From Sphaerodactylus townsendi (Eukaryota), in assembly GCF_021028975.2 (NCBI RefSeq), contig NC_059433.1, positions 93,207,162-93,250,000 on the forward strand: DNA of 42,839 nucleotides. Direction: 5' to 3'. Shown here one piece after another: positions 24,038 through 34,920 of this stretch. A model generated the notes under the pieces. The model was not told the origin of the DNA. It saw only the letters and a program-made list of their open reading frames with translations, and made no database searches. Every line of letters begins with the position of its first letter. Within the stretch, counting starts at the first letter, position 1. Position numbers and translations under genes: made by a program.

Positions 24038-24853
24038 TTTAAAGATTCCAATCGTATCTCATTTTCCTGTATATTTCAGAATTAATTATTTTTCATTGGG
24101 ATCTAATGGCACTGATGAAGACTGGATAAGTTGTAACTTTATACTTGCTTTTCTTCATCAGCAGATGTTAAATAAACCTGCTAGAAAAGAATGATGTATT
24201 TTTCTATAAGGAAAAGTAAAGCAAGTAAATCTACTTGATTTCTGCTCCTGACACAGTTCACAGCCCTGGCATTCAGAATTATTCATTGAACAGAGAAAGA
24301 CTTGAAACCCATAAAATTAAGCTTTTATCTGACCCTAATCATATTTATATGGATGAATGCAAAAGACAACCATGAAAAAACCATATATAAGTCATGAGTA
24401 AAATAACCAAGGCAGATGAAACACCTTACTCTTTTTAGTGTATCATTCCTTATGCCTTCGTAACTACTCTTCAGTGTTCTACCTGGTCTTCCAGGATTCT
24501 GTCAAGGTCTTGAGCAGGATATTAGCTGCTTTGGGTTTTTAATTTTTTTTTTTGCATATTTGAGGAATTCCTCGGAATAGGCTAAAACTTCTCCCTTGTA
24601 TGTGTGTACTGCTATGACTGGTACAAGTCCCTTCCCCCAAGTGGTGATGGCTGTGATTCTGTATGTGTTTATGGAACTAGCAGAATATCATTTATAGTGA
24701 CCAGGCAACACTTATTGATTGTCATATAGTCTAAAACAATTGTAGTGGCAAGATAAAGATGAGCTTCATGTACCATTAAGAGATGGAAGGGAATTTTTTC
24801 TCTGTCTTGCATGAAAAGCTGCAGCTACCAAAATTGTTCTCCTACACAACTAG

Positions 24854-25250
24854 GACCCCTTCTGCGCAGCACCGAGAGAGCGGATTGCAGGTGGGATAAA
24901 GTAACCTGCTCTCCTGCTGTCCCATTTGCACGCCTCCGTACAAGCAGTGAATGGAGCATGCAGAAGCAATGCAGGCTGCCGTTGTTCCGTCTTTAAAAAA
25001 ACTCACCTCCCAAAACTCACCTGCGTAGCTATGTAGGGATGATTTTTAAAAATCAGGAAGCAAGTGTTTTCTGGGCAGTCGTTTGCTCATGAGTGGCTAC
25101 ATTCCACATGAAAATGATAGTGGATAGCACCATTCTCGAATAACCTGTTTCGGGGGGTGGAAATGCGAGGCACCCTCACTTTAGGGATGGGAGTCGTGCA
25201 AAGTTTTTCTTCATCCCCAGCACAGGCTTATTGGCCCGTGAAAAAGGGCC
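24854..25250. mobile_element. Older Harbinger-type MITE
   Basis: Ends GACCCCTTCTGCGC / CGTGAAAAAGGGCC; TSD TAG. Confidence 0.65.
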
Positions 25251-26409
25251 TAGCACATGAGTTCATCCTCCTTTGATACTATTCCCTCTAAATGCCATCA
25301 AGGGCTTGTGTCACTAAAATAGCATATACATGCTATCCAAGTCTAATATGATTTCATGGGCTGTTGTGTGATATTCTATTGAAAGATCTAGAACTGAGAC
25401 ACTGCAATCTTGATGCAGTACACAGATGAAAAGTGCAAGCTTTATCAATTTTTATTTTTCATTTCTGGGCCTAACAGGAGAGACTGGAATGGGTTCTGAA
25501 GATTGCCCATAAATGCTTATTTGGCAAAAAGGACAGGAGCATAATATTGTTTCAACAGGACGTACACATCTTAAATTCTCATTGCTTAACTGAGAATTTT
25601 TTTGGCATTAGAAACTGTTGACTGACTGGCAAAAGCTCCCTTGAGATAAATTAATCTGTGCAAACCACCATGTTCAGCTGTAATTGCTGTCCAGTAGCAG
25701 ACTGTGTCGAGTTAATAGTCTTTAGTTCATCAGAAATAAAAATCAGATTCCCTCTTGATAAACACAGAATAAATTGGTAATAGTGAAAGCAGTAGAAAGT
25801 AGGAAGTAGTCAAATCTTTGTGGAGTACTGTTTTTTCTGATCACAAACAAACTGTATATTTTTTCCTACCCAGATGGAAGGGAAATTTCTTTGAATTTTA
25901 CTAGCACCTAATTGCTTTCTTATTACTAAAATGTAATCAAAGCTCTCTGATTCTAAAGCATGGCAAGACACTATTGAAATGGATAGAGCCTGTATTTTGA
26001 CCCAATATTCCTGCATCCTGAAGGTCATACAGCCTCTGCTCCCAAGCCCTACATGACTTGGGACTGGGTTATCTGAATGACCATATGCATTTTAAAGGCA
26101 AGGTCTTACCAGAGACACAAGCTGAAGACCAAGAGCACAAGGGCTCTTGTCCTGTGGTTGTTCATTTGTAAAATAGTGAGTGGGAGAAGGTTTGCCACTA
26201 CTGGAAAGAGAGAGTTTCATCAGTTACATAATGGTTACTGACAGAACTACACCTATTGGACAATGCTGACACCCGTATACCATGACTAGCCCCCTGGTCT
26301 ATTATCACTAGAATGTTGATTATTGGATGTTTGAAGTCACAAGGATGTTAATTGTTGGATGTTTAGATGGTTAATTATTGTTTTGCCTGCAATCTTTATC
26401 TATAGCAGG

Positions 26410-26963
26410 ATGTCTGATGAATGCAATATTTCAGTGCAGTTGGGAACTGGTAGATATGGGGGTGGGATGTATCAAAGAAGGCCAGAACATGGTAATTAAG
26501 CTCATTGCCTATCTAATCTCTGTACCCTCCCAAGTGTTGGTGAGGTAAGGAGCCCTGTTTCCTCTACCTTTATGTTAACACTGTGTAATACTGGTTAGAA
26601 ATGGCACAAAACTGAACAACTGTTACAGGAAGAAGACATTGACCTGGCTGTGCAACGGAGACATAGTTGGAAGAAAATGATTTGGTGTGTTTGTCCCACC
26701 AATACCACCTGGTTATGCAGTCCTCCATCAATCATGCACAGTTGGCTGGGGAGGAGGAATGACCATTATCCTCCATGAGTCCTTCAACTTCCACATACCT
26801 CCAGTGAAAACTGCTACTGGCATGGATTGTATGTTCCTCATATTAGGGACTAATGATAGATTAGGCATTCTACTTGTTTACTGGCTGACTAATTGTCCAC
26901 TGGGCAATTGTCTGAATTGGCAGAGGTAATCTCAGACACCCAGACTGATTATTATGGGGAACT
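26410..26963 (+). mobile_element. Old L2 ORF2, part 1 (APE endonuclease N-terminus)
   Basis: LLQEEDIDLA..TET, PPGYAVLHQ, GWGGGMTIIL, RLGILLVY, PRLIIMG motifs with frameshifts. Confidence 0.8.
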
Positions 26964-27072
26964 GAAAAAAAATATACAAGGGGCTTGAAATTTAACATGG
27001 ATGAAAGGAGCATGCAATAACAAAAAAGATCTTGATTTTGCTCAACTGGGATTATGGTAATAGGAACATGGG

Positions 27073-27857
27073 TTGTGTTTCATTTGTGGAAAAACAGGGA
27101 GTAAAATAATCCATTTTAATTGGAAGGGGGTGTGCACCTTTGGAAATGTGGTAATTAATATGATCAAAAGTAATAATCTCCTACAATCAACAATTCTTAA
27201 TTTGGGAAGTTTTGTACACTGTATGAAAAGGTCTGAGAACATAGAAAATACTCTAGTTGCGAGAGCCACAGGGTTCCATGCTTTTGTGCATGCATTTCTC
27301 CCATGGCTCGGAGTGGAACAATTAGAAAGAGCTATTCGAAATATGTCTAAGGTTATAGAAAATGATTTTTGGGCCACAGCAGATAGTTTTCAAAATATAC
27401 AAAAAGAAATAGCATCCTTGGCAGCAGTAGGTGCTCAAAATTGGAAAGCTTTAGTTGTCCCAAATACTCAGCAAGGAGGCACGTGTACACTAATAAGCAA
27501 AATTTGCTGTTTTTATGTAAATAATGATGGTAATGTGACACGGATGTCAGTGCAATAAAAGAAGCAGTACAGGTTCTCCATAAAATAATTGAAGATCACT
27601 CTTAGATAGGCTTTTTAATTGGCTGCCCCAGCTGGATTGGCTAACAGTTCTGTTGGCAATAGATATTCAAACTGTAATAATTGGTGTTATGGTATTGTAT
27701 TCAATGTATGCCCTATTACTTTCAATTTTTGAATACATGCAGATCATTTAAAATAAAGCAAAAAGGAGAACCCATGATAGTCTGAACTACCACAGCCCCT
27801 CCTCCATATCGACAACTGCAGCCCACTGTTCAGTCCTCTTTCTATGAGAGTAAATAG
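27073..27857 (+). pseudogene. env: Gamma-type retroviral envelope remnant (SU C-terminus and TM)
   Basis: FICG..NWKGVCTFG, decayed furin site CMKR (27220-27231), fusion peptide FHAFVHAFLPWLGV, ISD QNWKAL..QQGGTC, CX6CC (CTLISKICC); frameshifted TM anchor and tail follow 27540. Confidence 0.9.
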
Positions 27858-27866
27858 GTCAGATTT

Positions 27867-27882
27867 GAAAAGGGGGGAAGAA
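27867..27882 (+). other. Polypurine tract
   Basis: GAAAAGGGGGGAAGAA just after the env stop, followed by TG at 27884. Confidence 0.8.
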
Positions 27883-27960
27883 CTGAAGACTGTAGTCAGA
27901 GAAAACACCTGCAGTGGTGAAAGTAATTGGAACGCAGCCTTCCTTGGTAGGCAAGGTCAG

Positions 27961-28162
27961 AGAAGTTAGGAAGTAGCTGTCCGGGAATACAAGATAGAGC
28001 TTGGCAAGTGTAACAGACTTGCCTGTAGAAATATTTATTTATTTATTTATTACTAATTTATTAATTAATTAGTAATAAAAAATAAAAAATATTTCTACAG
28101 GCAAGTCTGTTACACTTGCCAAGCTCTATCTTGTATTCCCAGACAGCTACTTCCTAACTTCT
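27961..28162. repeat. 202-bp foldback palindrome
   Basis: 76-bp arms 27961-28036 / 28087-28162 with one mismatch; AT-rich quasi-palindromic centre. Confidence 0.97.
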
Positions 28163-29492
28163 TTGTTAAATTTGTATACTGACCTCCCCCGAAGGGCTCA
28201 GGGCGGTTCACAACATAACTATATAAATACAATTAAATATATAAACAAATTCCATGCATCTTAATACCCCTCCCTGTTAAAATACAGCGCTCAATTACCA
28301 CATTATTATATTACAGAAGACAACAGATGGCGTCCGACAGTTTAAAACTCCCCTAAGGGGGGACAGTAGAACTTGCGATGTTAGAACGAGGGGGGGGGGC
28401 GTGTATCAGCGGCTGGCCTCCACAAAAGCCCGGTGGAACAGCTCGGTCTTGCAGGCCCTGCGGAACTCCTTAAGGTCCCGCAGGGCCCGGACTGCTGGAA
28501 GAAGAGCGTTCCACCAGGCAGGGACCAGAGCCGTAAAAGCTCTGGCCCGAGTAGAAGCTAGCCGCATCATGGAGGGGCTGGGGACCATGAGCAAATTGGC
28601 CTCTGCTGAGCGCAATTGGGACATATGGGGTCAGACGGACCCGCAGGTACGAGGGTCCCAAACTGCGTAAGGCCTTAAAGGTTAATACCAACACCTTGAA
28701 AATGATTTGGAACTCAACCGGGAGCCAATGCAGGTGGCACAACACAGGTAAAATATGATCTCTGATGGCACCTCCTGTGAGCAAGTGAGCCACCGCATGT
28801 TGGACCAGTTTTAATTTCTGAATCGAAGAGCATGAAGGCCAGCATAGAGCAAGTTACGTAAGTCTAATCTGGAGGTGACCGTTGCATGGATCGCAGTAGC
28901 TAGGTCCACTTGGGAGAGGAAGGGAGCCAGCTGCCGGGCCTGACGTAGATGGAAGAACGCAACCCGGGTTACATGGGCCACCTGGGTCTCCATTGAAAGA
29001 GAAGAATACAGGTGGACCCCCAGGCTGCAAACGGAAGGGGTTGGTGCCAATAAGGCCCCTTCCCAAACCGGTGGCTGAAAGCCCCCCACCCCCCCTCGCG
29101 GCCCAGCCAGAGGATTTCTGTCTTCGCTGGATTCAGTTTTAACCTGCTCTGTTTCAACCAACCAGCAACCACCTCCAAACAATGCTGGAGAGCTGCAGGG
29201 GCGGCGACCGCTCCCCTCTCCATCAACAGAATGAGCTGAGTGTCATCAGCATATTGGTGGCATGTCAGCCCAAAGCTCTGTACCAGCTGTGCAAGGGGTT
29301 GCATATAGATGTTGAATAACAGCGTGGACAACATCTCCCCCTGAGGCACACCGTAATAAAGCGGGCACCTCTGGGAGGCTTGGTCCCTGCACCACACTTG
29401 CTGACTGCGGTCCCGGAGGAATGAGGCAATTCACCGATGGATAATGCCCCACACTCCGGAAACGGCAGGCGGTGGGTCAAAAGATCGTGGTC
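28163..29492 (-). mobile_element. 5'-truncated L2-clade LINE (RT domain to 3' end), frameshifted
   Basis: GVPQG..LLFNIYM, HQYADDTQL, LKLNPAKTE, LHWLPV..FKVLVLTFKAL, RARAF..WWNAL; 3' end TGTGAACCGCCCTGAGCCCTTCGGGGGAGG. Confidence 0.93.
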
Positions 29493-29642
29493 CTGCGAGA
29501 TTCCAGTGCTTCTGCTTTTCACTGTTGGAACCTATTTGACTGTTAAATAAAGGATTATGTCTCTTGCCCTTGCCATGGTAAATTGGGAATGATCCAGTGC
29601 TAAGAATATGCCCTGCTGCCCAAAACTGGGGTATCAGACTTC

Positions 29643-29657
29643 TGGCGACTATGGCAG
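29643..29657 (+). other. Primer-binding site, probably tRNA-Arg(TCG)
   Basis: TGGCGACTATGGCAG versus expected TGGCGACCGCGGCAG (tRNA sequence recalled from memory); the three differences are all CpG transitions; 6 nt after TCA. Confidence 0.65.
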
Positions 29658-30089
29658 CAGCCTGGTGCTTGGTTCCTCTTAGGATATTTCCTCCCCAGCC
29701 ATTAGGAAGGTGTGCCCTGGGTGAGCAGCTTTGATTCTTGGTCCCTACAAACTGGGGGTGGGGGGGGAGCTCAAGGTGGATTCAACAGCCTCATTTCCTT
29801 TGAGTGAGACTTTTTTTTTGGAACTATATAGATGGAAACTATTGGATGGATTATCCCTGTTGAGGCATCATTGGTTTCGAGGGAAGGACATTTTGGTTTT
29901 ATGCAGAAGAATGGAATGTGGTTGGTCTGAATAGTGCCAGCAACTGTGGGTGTAAAGTAAAGCAGTTCTGCATTGACTGATTTTCCCTTAGGTGTGTCCT
30001 TTTGTGCTGGATTAGGCTTGCATCAGGATTGGACCAGCGAGCAAAATGAGTGTGTGTTAGATTGGCCTCACATCTGGATTGTGCAAGTG

Positions 30090-30168
30090 AGCAACAATAC
30101 ATTATCAGAGTTGGGTCAGGATTTTATAGCAACAATACATTATCAGAGTTGGGTCAGGATTGTATAGC
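30090..30168. repeat. 38-bp tandem duplication
   Basis: AGCAACAATACATTATCAGAGTTGGGTCAGGATT(T/G)TAT x2. Confidence 0.95.
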
Positions 30169-30416
30169 CTTTTTTAAACTGCCTTTGTCAGGATCTATTG
30201 ATCCCTGCAATAACCAAACTCTTGGGTTCAACAACTGGTTTATTAAATTAAATTAAACTAGAGGTAAGGCCAGGTGCTGGCCAGCCCAAAGGATGGGAAA
30301 GTAACTGCACACCCAAACCAAAGGAAAACAAGCCAGGGCTTCCCACTTTTCCCCCTGCTCCCAACCCACTCCATAGTTTCATGGCACGAAGCAGGGAAGA
30401 GCAGAAACTTTTAATA

Positions 30417-30503
30417 GGACTTAACAGAGTCTTCGCAGCTTTGGGTCTCTCCCAACATGTGAAAGAACTCACACCTTGGATCAAACTTTTGCACTGAATC
30501 TGA
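30417..30503 (+). mobile_element. Old L2 ORF2, part 2
   Basis: GGACTTAACA (remnant GDFN), AALGLSQHV, HTLDQTF endonuclease motifs. Confidence 0.7.
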
Positions 30504-31084
30504 GGCTGTTTCCGCATGGCCAGCTGAGTGAGAGTGCATCAGCATACTTTATGCCGATGCACCCCCTGGGACCGTTCACATGGACACACAGGCTGCGTCA
30601 TCCCCAAACAGTTCTTACCTCCTCTCGGCTGCCGCTGCTGTAGAAAGAACTGGGGACACGCCCCCGTAGCCATGGCAACCCCTCCAGGGACGGTGGCCAA
30701 AAGGTGTTGTTCCCTGGCCTCTCTACAGCAACAGCAGCGAGGGAAGGTAAGAGCAGGAAAAAAGCGGCAGGGCAAAACGCCGCCTTCCATCTGCTGCCGT
30801 TTGCATGGCAGCTGGTGGAAGTCGCTGCTTTCCAAAAAACTCGTTTGTTGAGCGAGTTTTGAAAGCAGCATTTTCGAGCTGCTTGATGGGTGCTAGCATG
30901 GCGCTGCTGTGATGCAGCAGCACCAGCTGTGTGAACAGCACAACAGCACAGCCTTAGAGTGAAAGCTTGATTTCAGGGCTAGAAATTTCCCCTGAACCAT
31001 GATATGATCACAACATAACTTAAAACCAGGGACGGTGTTTTTACCGTCCCTGGTGTGCTGTTTTCTGCCTGGGTGGAAACAGCC
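30504..31084. mobile_element. Harbinger-type MITE inserted in L2, containing a copy of its own flank
   Basis: TIRs GGCTGTTTCC / GGAAACAGCC; TSD TGA/TTA (one mismatch); multiple hairpins. Confidence 0.85.
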
Positions 31085-31159
31085 TTAGAGTGAAAGCTTG
31101 ATTTCAGGGCTAGAAATTTCCCCTGAACCATGATATGATCACAACATAACTTAAAACCA
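30948..31159 (+). repeat. Exact 81-bp direct repeat (30948-31028 and 31079-31159)
   Basis: Identical by eye; 50-bp spacer holds the MITE terminal hairpin. Confidence 0.97.
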
Positions 31160-31765
31160 AGGTCAATGTGGCTCCCATATCCCAAAAAATAGAGGGCCTG
31201 GTTGAAATGGTCTCATGAATCCTCCTGAATTCCAGAATGCTTTAGGATATTTTAGAATTCTAAACACGTACTCTGTTGAGATTGCAGTAGAAGCATGGAA
31301 CATGAAGCTTCTTGAAGCTATTGACAAGATTTCTCCATCACAACCTCTCCTGTGCTTGGGAAAAACCCAGCCCCTGAGTTTAACACAGAGCTGGGTGATC
31401 TGAAAAGGATTGGGAGATGTATAAAATGCCACTGGTTGAAAACTCACACTGAATCCACAGATTATGTTATAGAGTTCACTGGAAGTCCTAAGAAGCAGTG
31501 GTAACAATGGCTAAGAAATGCTACTTCTCTGCTACTATTGCATCAGCTAGCTCTTGGCCATCAGAATGAGACAATTAGTTGTGATACGTTTGTAAATTAA
31601 TACACTATGATTTAGAAGTTGACTGTAACATTGCCTGTAGCATTTATGGACCTCTTTGACCCAGTTTCTGTGATGCATGTTGACAAGCTCCTGGGATCTG
31701 TGAAGGCCACTGCTTGTGCCATGAATCCTTGCCCATCTTGGCTTTTAAAATCATGTAAAGACCAC
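31085..31765 (+). mobile_element. Old L2 ORF2, part 3 (end of APE and linker towards RT)
   Basis: P*YDH, LMNPPEFQNAL, WNMKLLEAIDKISP, AKKCYFSATIASASS, TACAMNPCPSWLLK motifs in L2 order. Confidence 0.8.
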
Positions 31766-32765
31766 ATCAACCCAGCCAATATCTCTTTTGACTTCATCAG
31801 AATAATGATCAGTGTAGATATCTAGGATGCAATTCTACATTTCCAATCCAACATGCTCAACACTTTCACTTATTTTCAAATGGGGAAGAAATTACAAAAA
31901 TAGGTATTGTGATGTAATTTTTCCTTTTAAAAAATTTATGAGCGCATCCAGGCACAATTTGAAACTGGAATACCAGTTTGGCCCTACTAATATATTTTCA
32001 GGAGTTTCAAGAAAAAATACTATAATGTAGTCTTCCCCCTGAGCATTAAGATATCACAATGAAACTTGGCATATTTGTTCATGCCAAACTGGTTATTATC
32101 ATCACACTCACAGTTCTACAGCCTGCCAAATAATAACCCTATGACCTTGTGCTGTCATTTCAGCTATTTACAGTTTTCTTTTAAAAGCATCCATGCATCG
32201 GATCATCCCTCTGTTGCTGGCTGTTATAGGTTCAGGAATTATTAGGTTGAGACTTACTTTGCTCCTGACATACAACAGAATGGAATAAAATGGAGAGGTC
32301 ATCAGCCTGTTCTCAGAAACACAAAGGGTAGCAATCCCTGCAGAAAATACTAGGTCTTTTAATATCCTTTGATACAGGCAATCACAAAATGCTGTCTTAT
32401 AGACATTGTCCTTTGGGATTGGATTAAGGATGTTTTGTAAATTATAGCATCTCATGATAATCAATATGGTATCATACTGAGTGCATATATTTAGGATCTA
32501 CATTAATCATGGATCAGTAATAAAACATTACAAATCTATTTAAGTCAACGAAGTCTGTAATCTTGTGCATATTTAGAAGTAAGCCCAATTAAAATCAACA
32601 AGATCTTCTTTCAAGAAATTGGATTGTAATTGGATGTAACTGCATGTCTGTTTGTATTGAAAATACTGATCTGTAGTCCTAGAAGACAGGAAGAAATTGA
32701 CTTAGGTGTGCGAATTTGCAGAATAGAGACAGAAAATGGATTGTGAACCCCTCTACTTGGTGCTT

Positions 32766-32881
32766 TGTGAGCTCCCAAAGGCACCTGGTGGGCCACTGCG
32801 AGTAGCAGAGAGCTGGACTAGATGGACTTTGGTCTGATCCAGCTGGCTTGTTCTTATGTTCTTATGTTCTTATGTTCTTAT
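32766..32881 (+). mobile_element. Severely 5'-truncated CR1 (3' UTR and tail)
   Basis: Identical to 958-1056; about four TTCTTATG tail units; TSD GTGCTT (32760-32765, 32882-32887). Confidence 0.95.
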
Positions 32882-33028
32882 GTGCTTCTTCTCTCCACCC
32901 AATTTTCTCTACCAGTTTCTGCTTTAGCTACTGGTTTTCTACAGCAGACCTGAGAAAAGAGGCAGACAGTTTCATCTGGGAATATGTACCACAGAATTCA
33001 AGTAGATATGTCCAAGATTGCTTTTCTG

Positions 33029-33112
33029 GCCTGCAATCCTAAAAACATTTTCCTGGGAGTAACACCTATTGAATAACATGTGACTGGTGAGTCAACTTGC
33101 TTAGGACTGTTC
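33029..33112. mobile_element. Very short degenerate MITE-like element
   Basis: CAATCCTAA...TTAGGACTG imperfect inverted ends. Confidence 0.4.
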
Positions 33113-33992
33113 ATTTGACAATATAATACGCTGTTCTAGCTCAGATATTTTCAGTGTTGTACGAACAGTGCTTCAGTACACATGCAAATATGTTCTGCAT
33201 GTTCACTACACCTGTACTGTGTATACCAAAGTACTATGTAACGCCTCAATAACAATAGTATTGTAATTCTAAACACACTGATGAAGCATGCTAGTCAGCT
33301 GTAACATAGATATTAAAGCAAATGGTGCCTATAATCAAACTCTAAAGATTGGAGAAACACTATTTGCTGTAGAAGTCATCTGAACTCACAAATGAAAACA
33401 AAATCAGCTCCTGAAATACTGCTCCTGTCAACCCTACCATATGCTTAAAATAAGTGATTAGATGAACCATGCTTAAAAGAGAGAGGAAATATCTAACGAA
33501 ATCAAGTTAGCAGATGGTGCAAAGCAATAAAAAAGTCTAATTATGAAGTGTGATCAGTATGGTTCCACTAATATAAACCAGTCTAAAACCTGACGCAAAT
33601 AATCTTTTTAATCAGCTTCAGTGATTCAAAAGCAATAATTTGGAGAGGAACCTAAACTTGGAAACTGGACAACAATTGGCAGAAACTTAATGTGCTAACT
33701 GCACTTGACCAAGAGTAGTAGGAATAATTGTACATGCATCCCTGAATGAAGACATGAGATACGGGTTAAACTAGGTTTTCTTTATGACTGATCTGCATGA
33801 TTAAAAGCATTATCTTGACTTTTTAGTGAAGGCTGATGCTAATGGGTACCTCTAATGGTACCAGCATTTTGGGCAATGCCACCCTAACTCCAAATGTAGA
33901 AACTATTTCTGCCAGTTTTGTTTACCCGAGACTGCACATCAAAACATGGACCCACTGTCAGAAAATCACATCCCATCTTCAGATTTGTCAAT

Positions 33993-34502
33993 GGCCCCTT
34001 CCGCACGGGCGGAATATGGTGGCCTGGGGACGGCAAAAACACCGTCCCCAGGCCGCCGTTCGCACAGGGGGCGCAGCTGCATTGCAGCTGCGCCGCCCTC
34101 GCGCCGCCCGACCGGCGCGAAGCCGGCGTTTCCCGAGTGCGCTGGGAAGCGCACTTTTGTGGAAATGCCGGCTTGAAGCCGCTGCCGTGCGAATGGCAGC
34201 GGCTTCAAGGCGCCTCCCCCCCACTCCCTCCCTGCACTTATTTTGTCCCCGAGCCTCCGGCGCGTCGCCGAGGCCTGGGGACACCCCCCCTGCCCTGCGA
34301 CGCAGGAGCAGGCGCTCAGGGCCGGGGGGCGTGTCCTCAGGCCTCGGCGACGTGCCGGAGGCCCGGGGACATGCCGGATCGGCCGGGCGACGGCGCTCTG
34401 TGGCGCCGTCGTCCCAGCTCTTTCATGCGAACGGTCCCAGCGTCGTCGGGTCGGCGTCGAGTAGGCCGACCCAGCCGCTTCCGCCTCCGTGCGGAAGCGG
34501 CC
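33993..34502 (+). mobile_element. Young GC-rich Harbinger-type MITE (510 bp)
   Basis: TIRs GGCCCCTTCCGCACGG / CCGTGCGGAAGCGGCC; TSD AAT; CpG-rich; several nested hairpins. Confidence 0.92.
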
Positions 34503-34685
34503 AATGTTTGAGTTAATTTCTCATGTTTTATGTTCCTTCCCCAAACCTTGATTCTACATTCTCCCTTTTCTCTCTGCTTCTCAGCTTCATCCTTTTTGAC
34601 TCTTGACTGGCTGGCTTTACCATTCTCTGGCCCCCTCATAGCTCCCCCACCTCCTCCCGAATAGGGACTCCTTGCTCTCTCTTTC

Positions 34686-34920
34686 AGCATGGTATAATTG
34701 TTAACAGCAGTGGACTGTAATCTGGAGAATCGAGTTTAATTCCCCACTACTCCACATAGGGTAACCCTGGACTACTTAAAGTTTTCTCAGAACTCTCTCA
34801 GCCTCACCTACCTTACAAGGTGCCTATTATGGGGCAGGAGGAAGGCAAGGCAAGTATAAGCTGCTTTGAGACTCCTCGTGGTAGAAAAATGTGGATTGTA
34901 AAAACCAACTCTTCTTTTTC
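34686..34920 (+). mobile_element. MIR/Squam3-like SINE
   Basis: Homologous to 21421-21733 (TAATCTGGAGAA, CAGAACTCTCTCAGCC, AAAACCAACTCTTC). Confidence 0.85.

Larger units (their letters stand above)
27884..29636 (+). mobile_element. ERV LTR split by an L2 insertion (pieces 27884-28030 and about 29493-29636)
   Basis: TGA start after PPT, AATAAA at 29546-29551, TCA end before PBS. Confidence 0.65.
26964..30416 (+). mobile_element. Permuted class I ERV segment: env 3' half-PPT-LTR-PBS-leader-putative gag start
   Basis: See component features; host L2 reading continues on both sides. Confidence 0.7.

Noticed and set aside
27073-27558. Syncytin-like co-opted env
   Set aside because: No signal peptide or SU N-terminus, mutated furin site and ISD, frameshifted TM
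30090-31159. CRISPR-like repeat-spacer pattern
   Set aside because: Only two-copy duplications in vertebrate DNA; no array or cas genes
33836-34690. Long overlapping ORFs (up to 226 aa) and CpG-island appearance
   Set aside because: Fall within a GC-rich MITE with TIRs and TSD; stop codons are simply rare there
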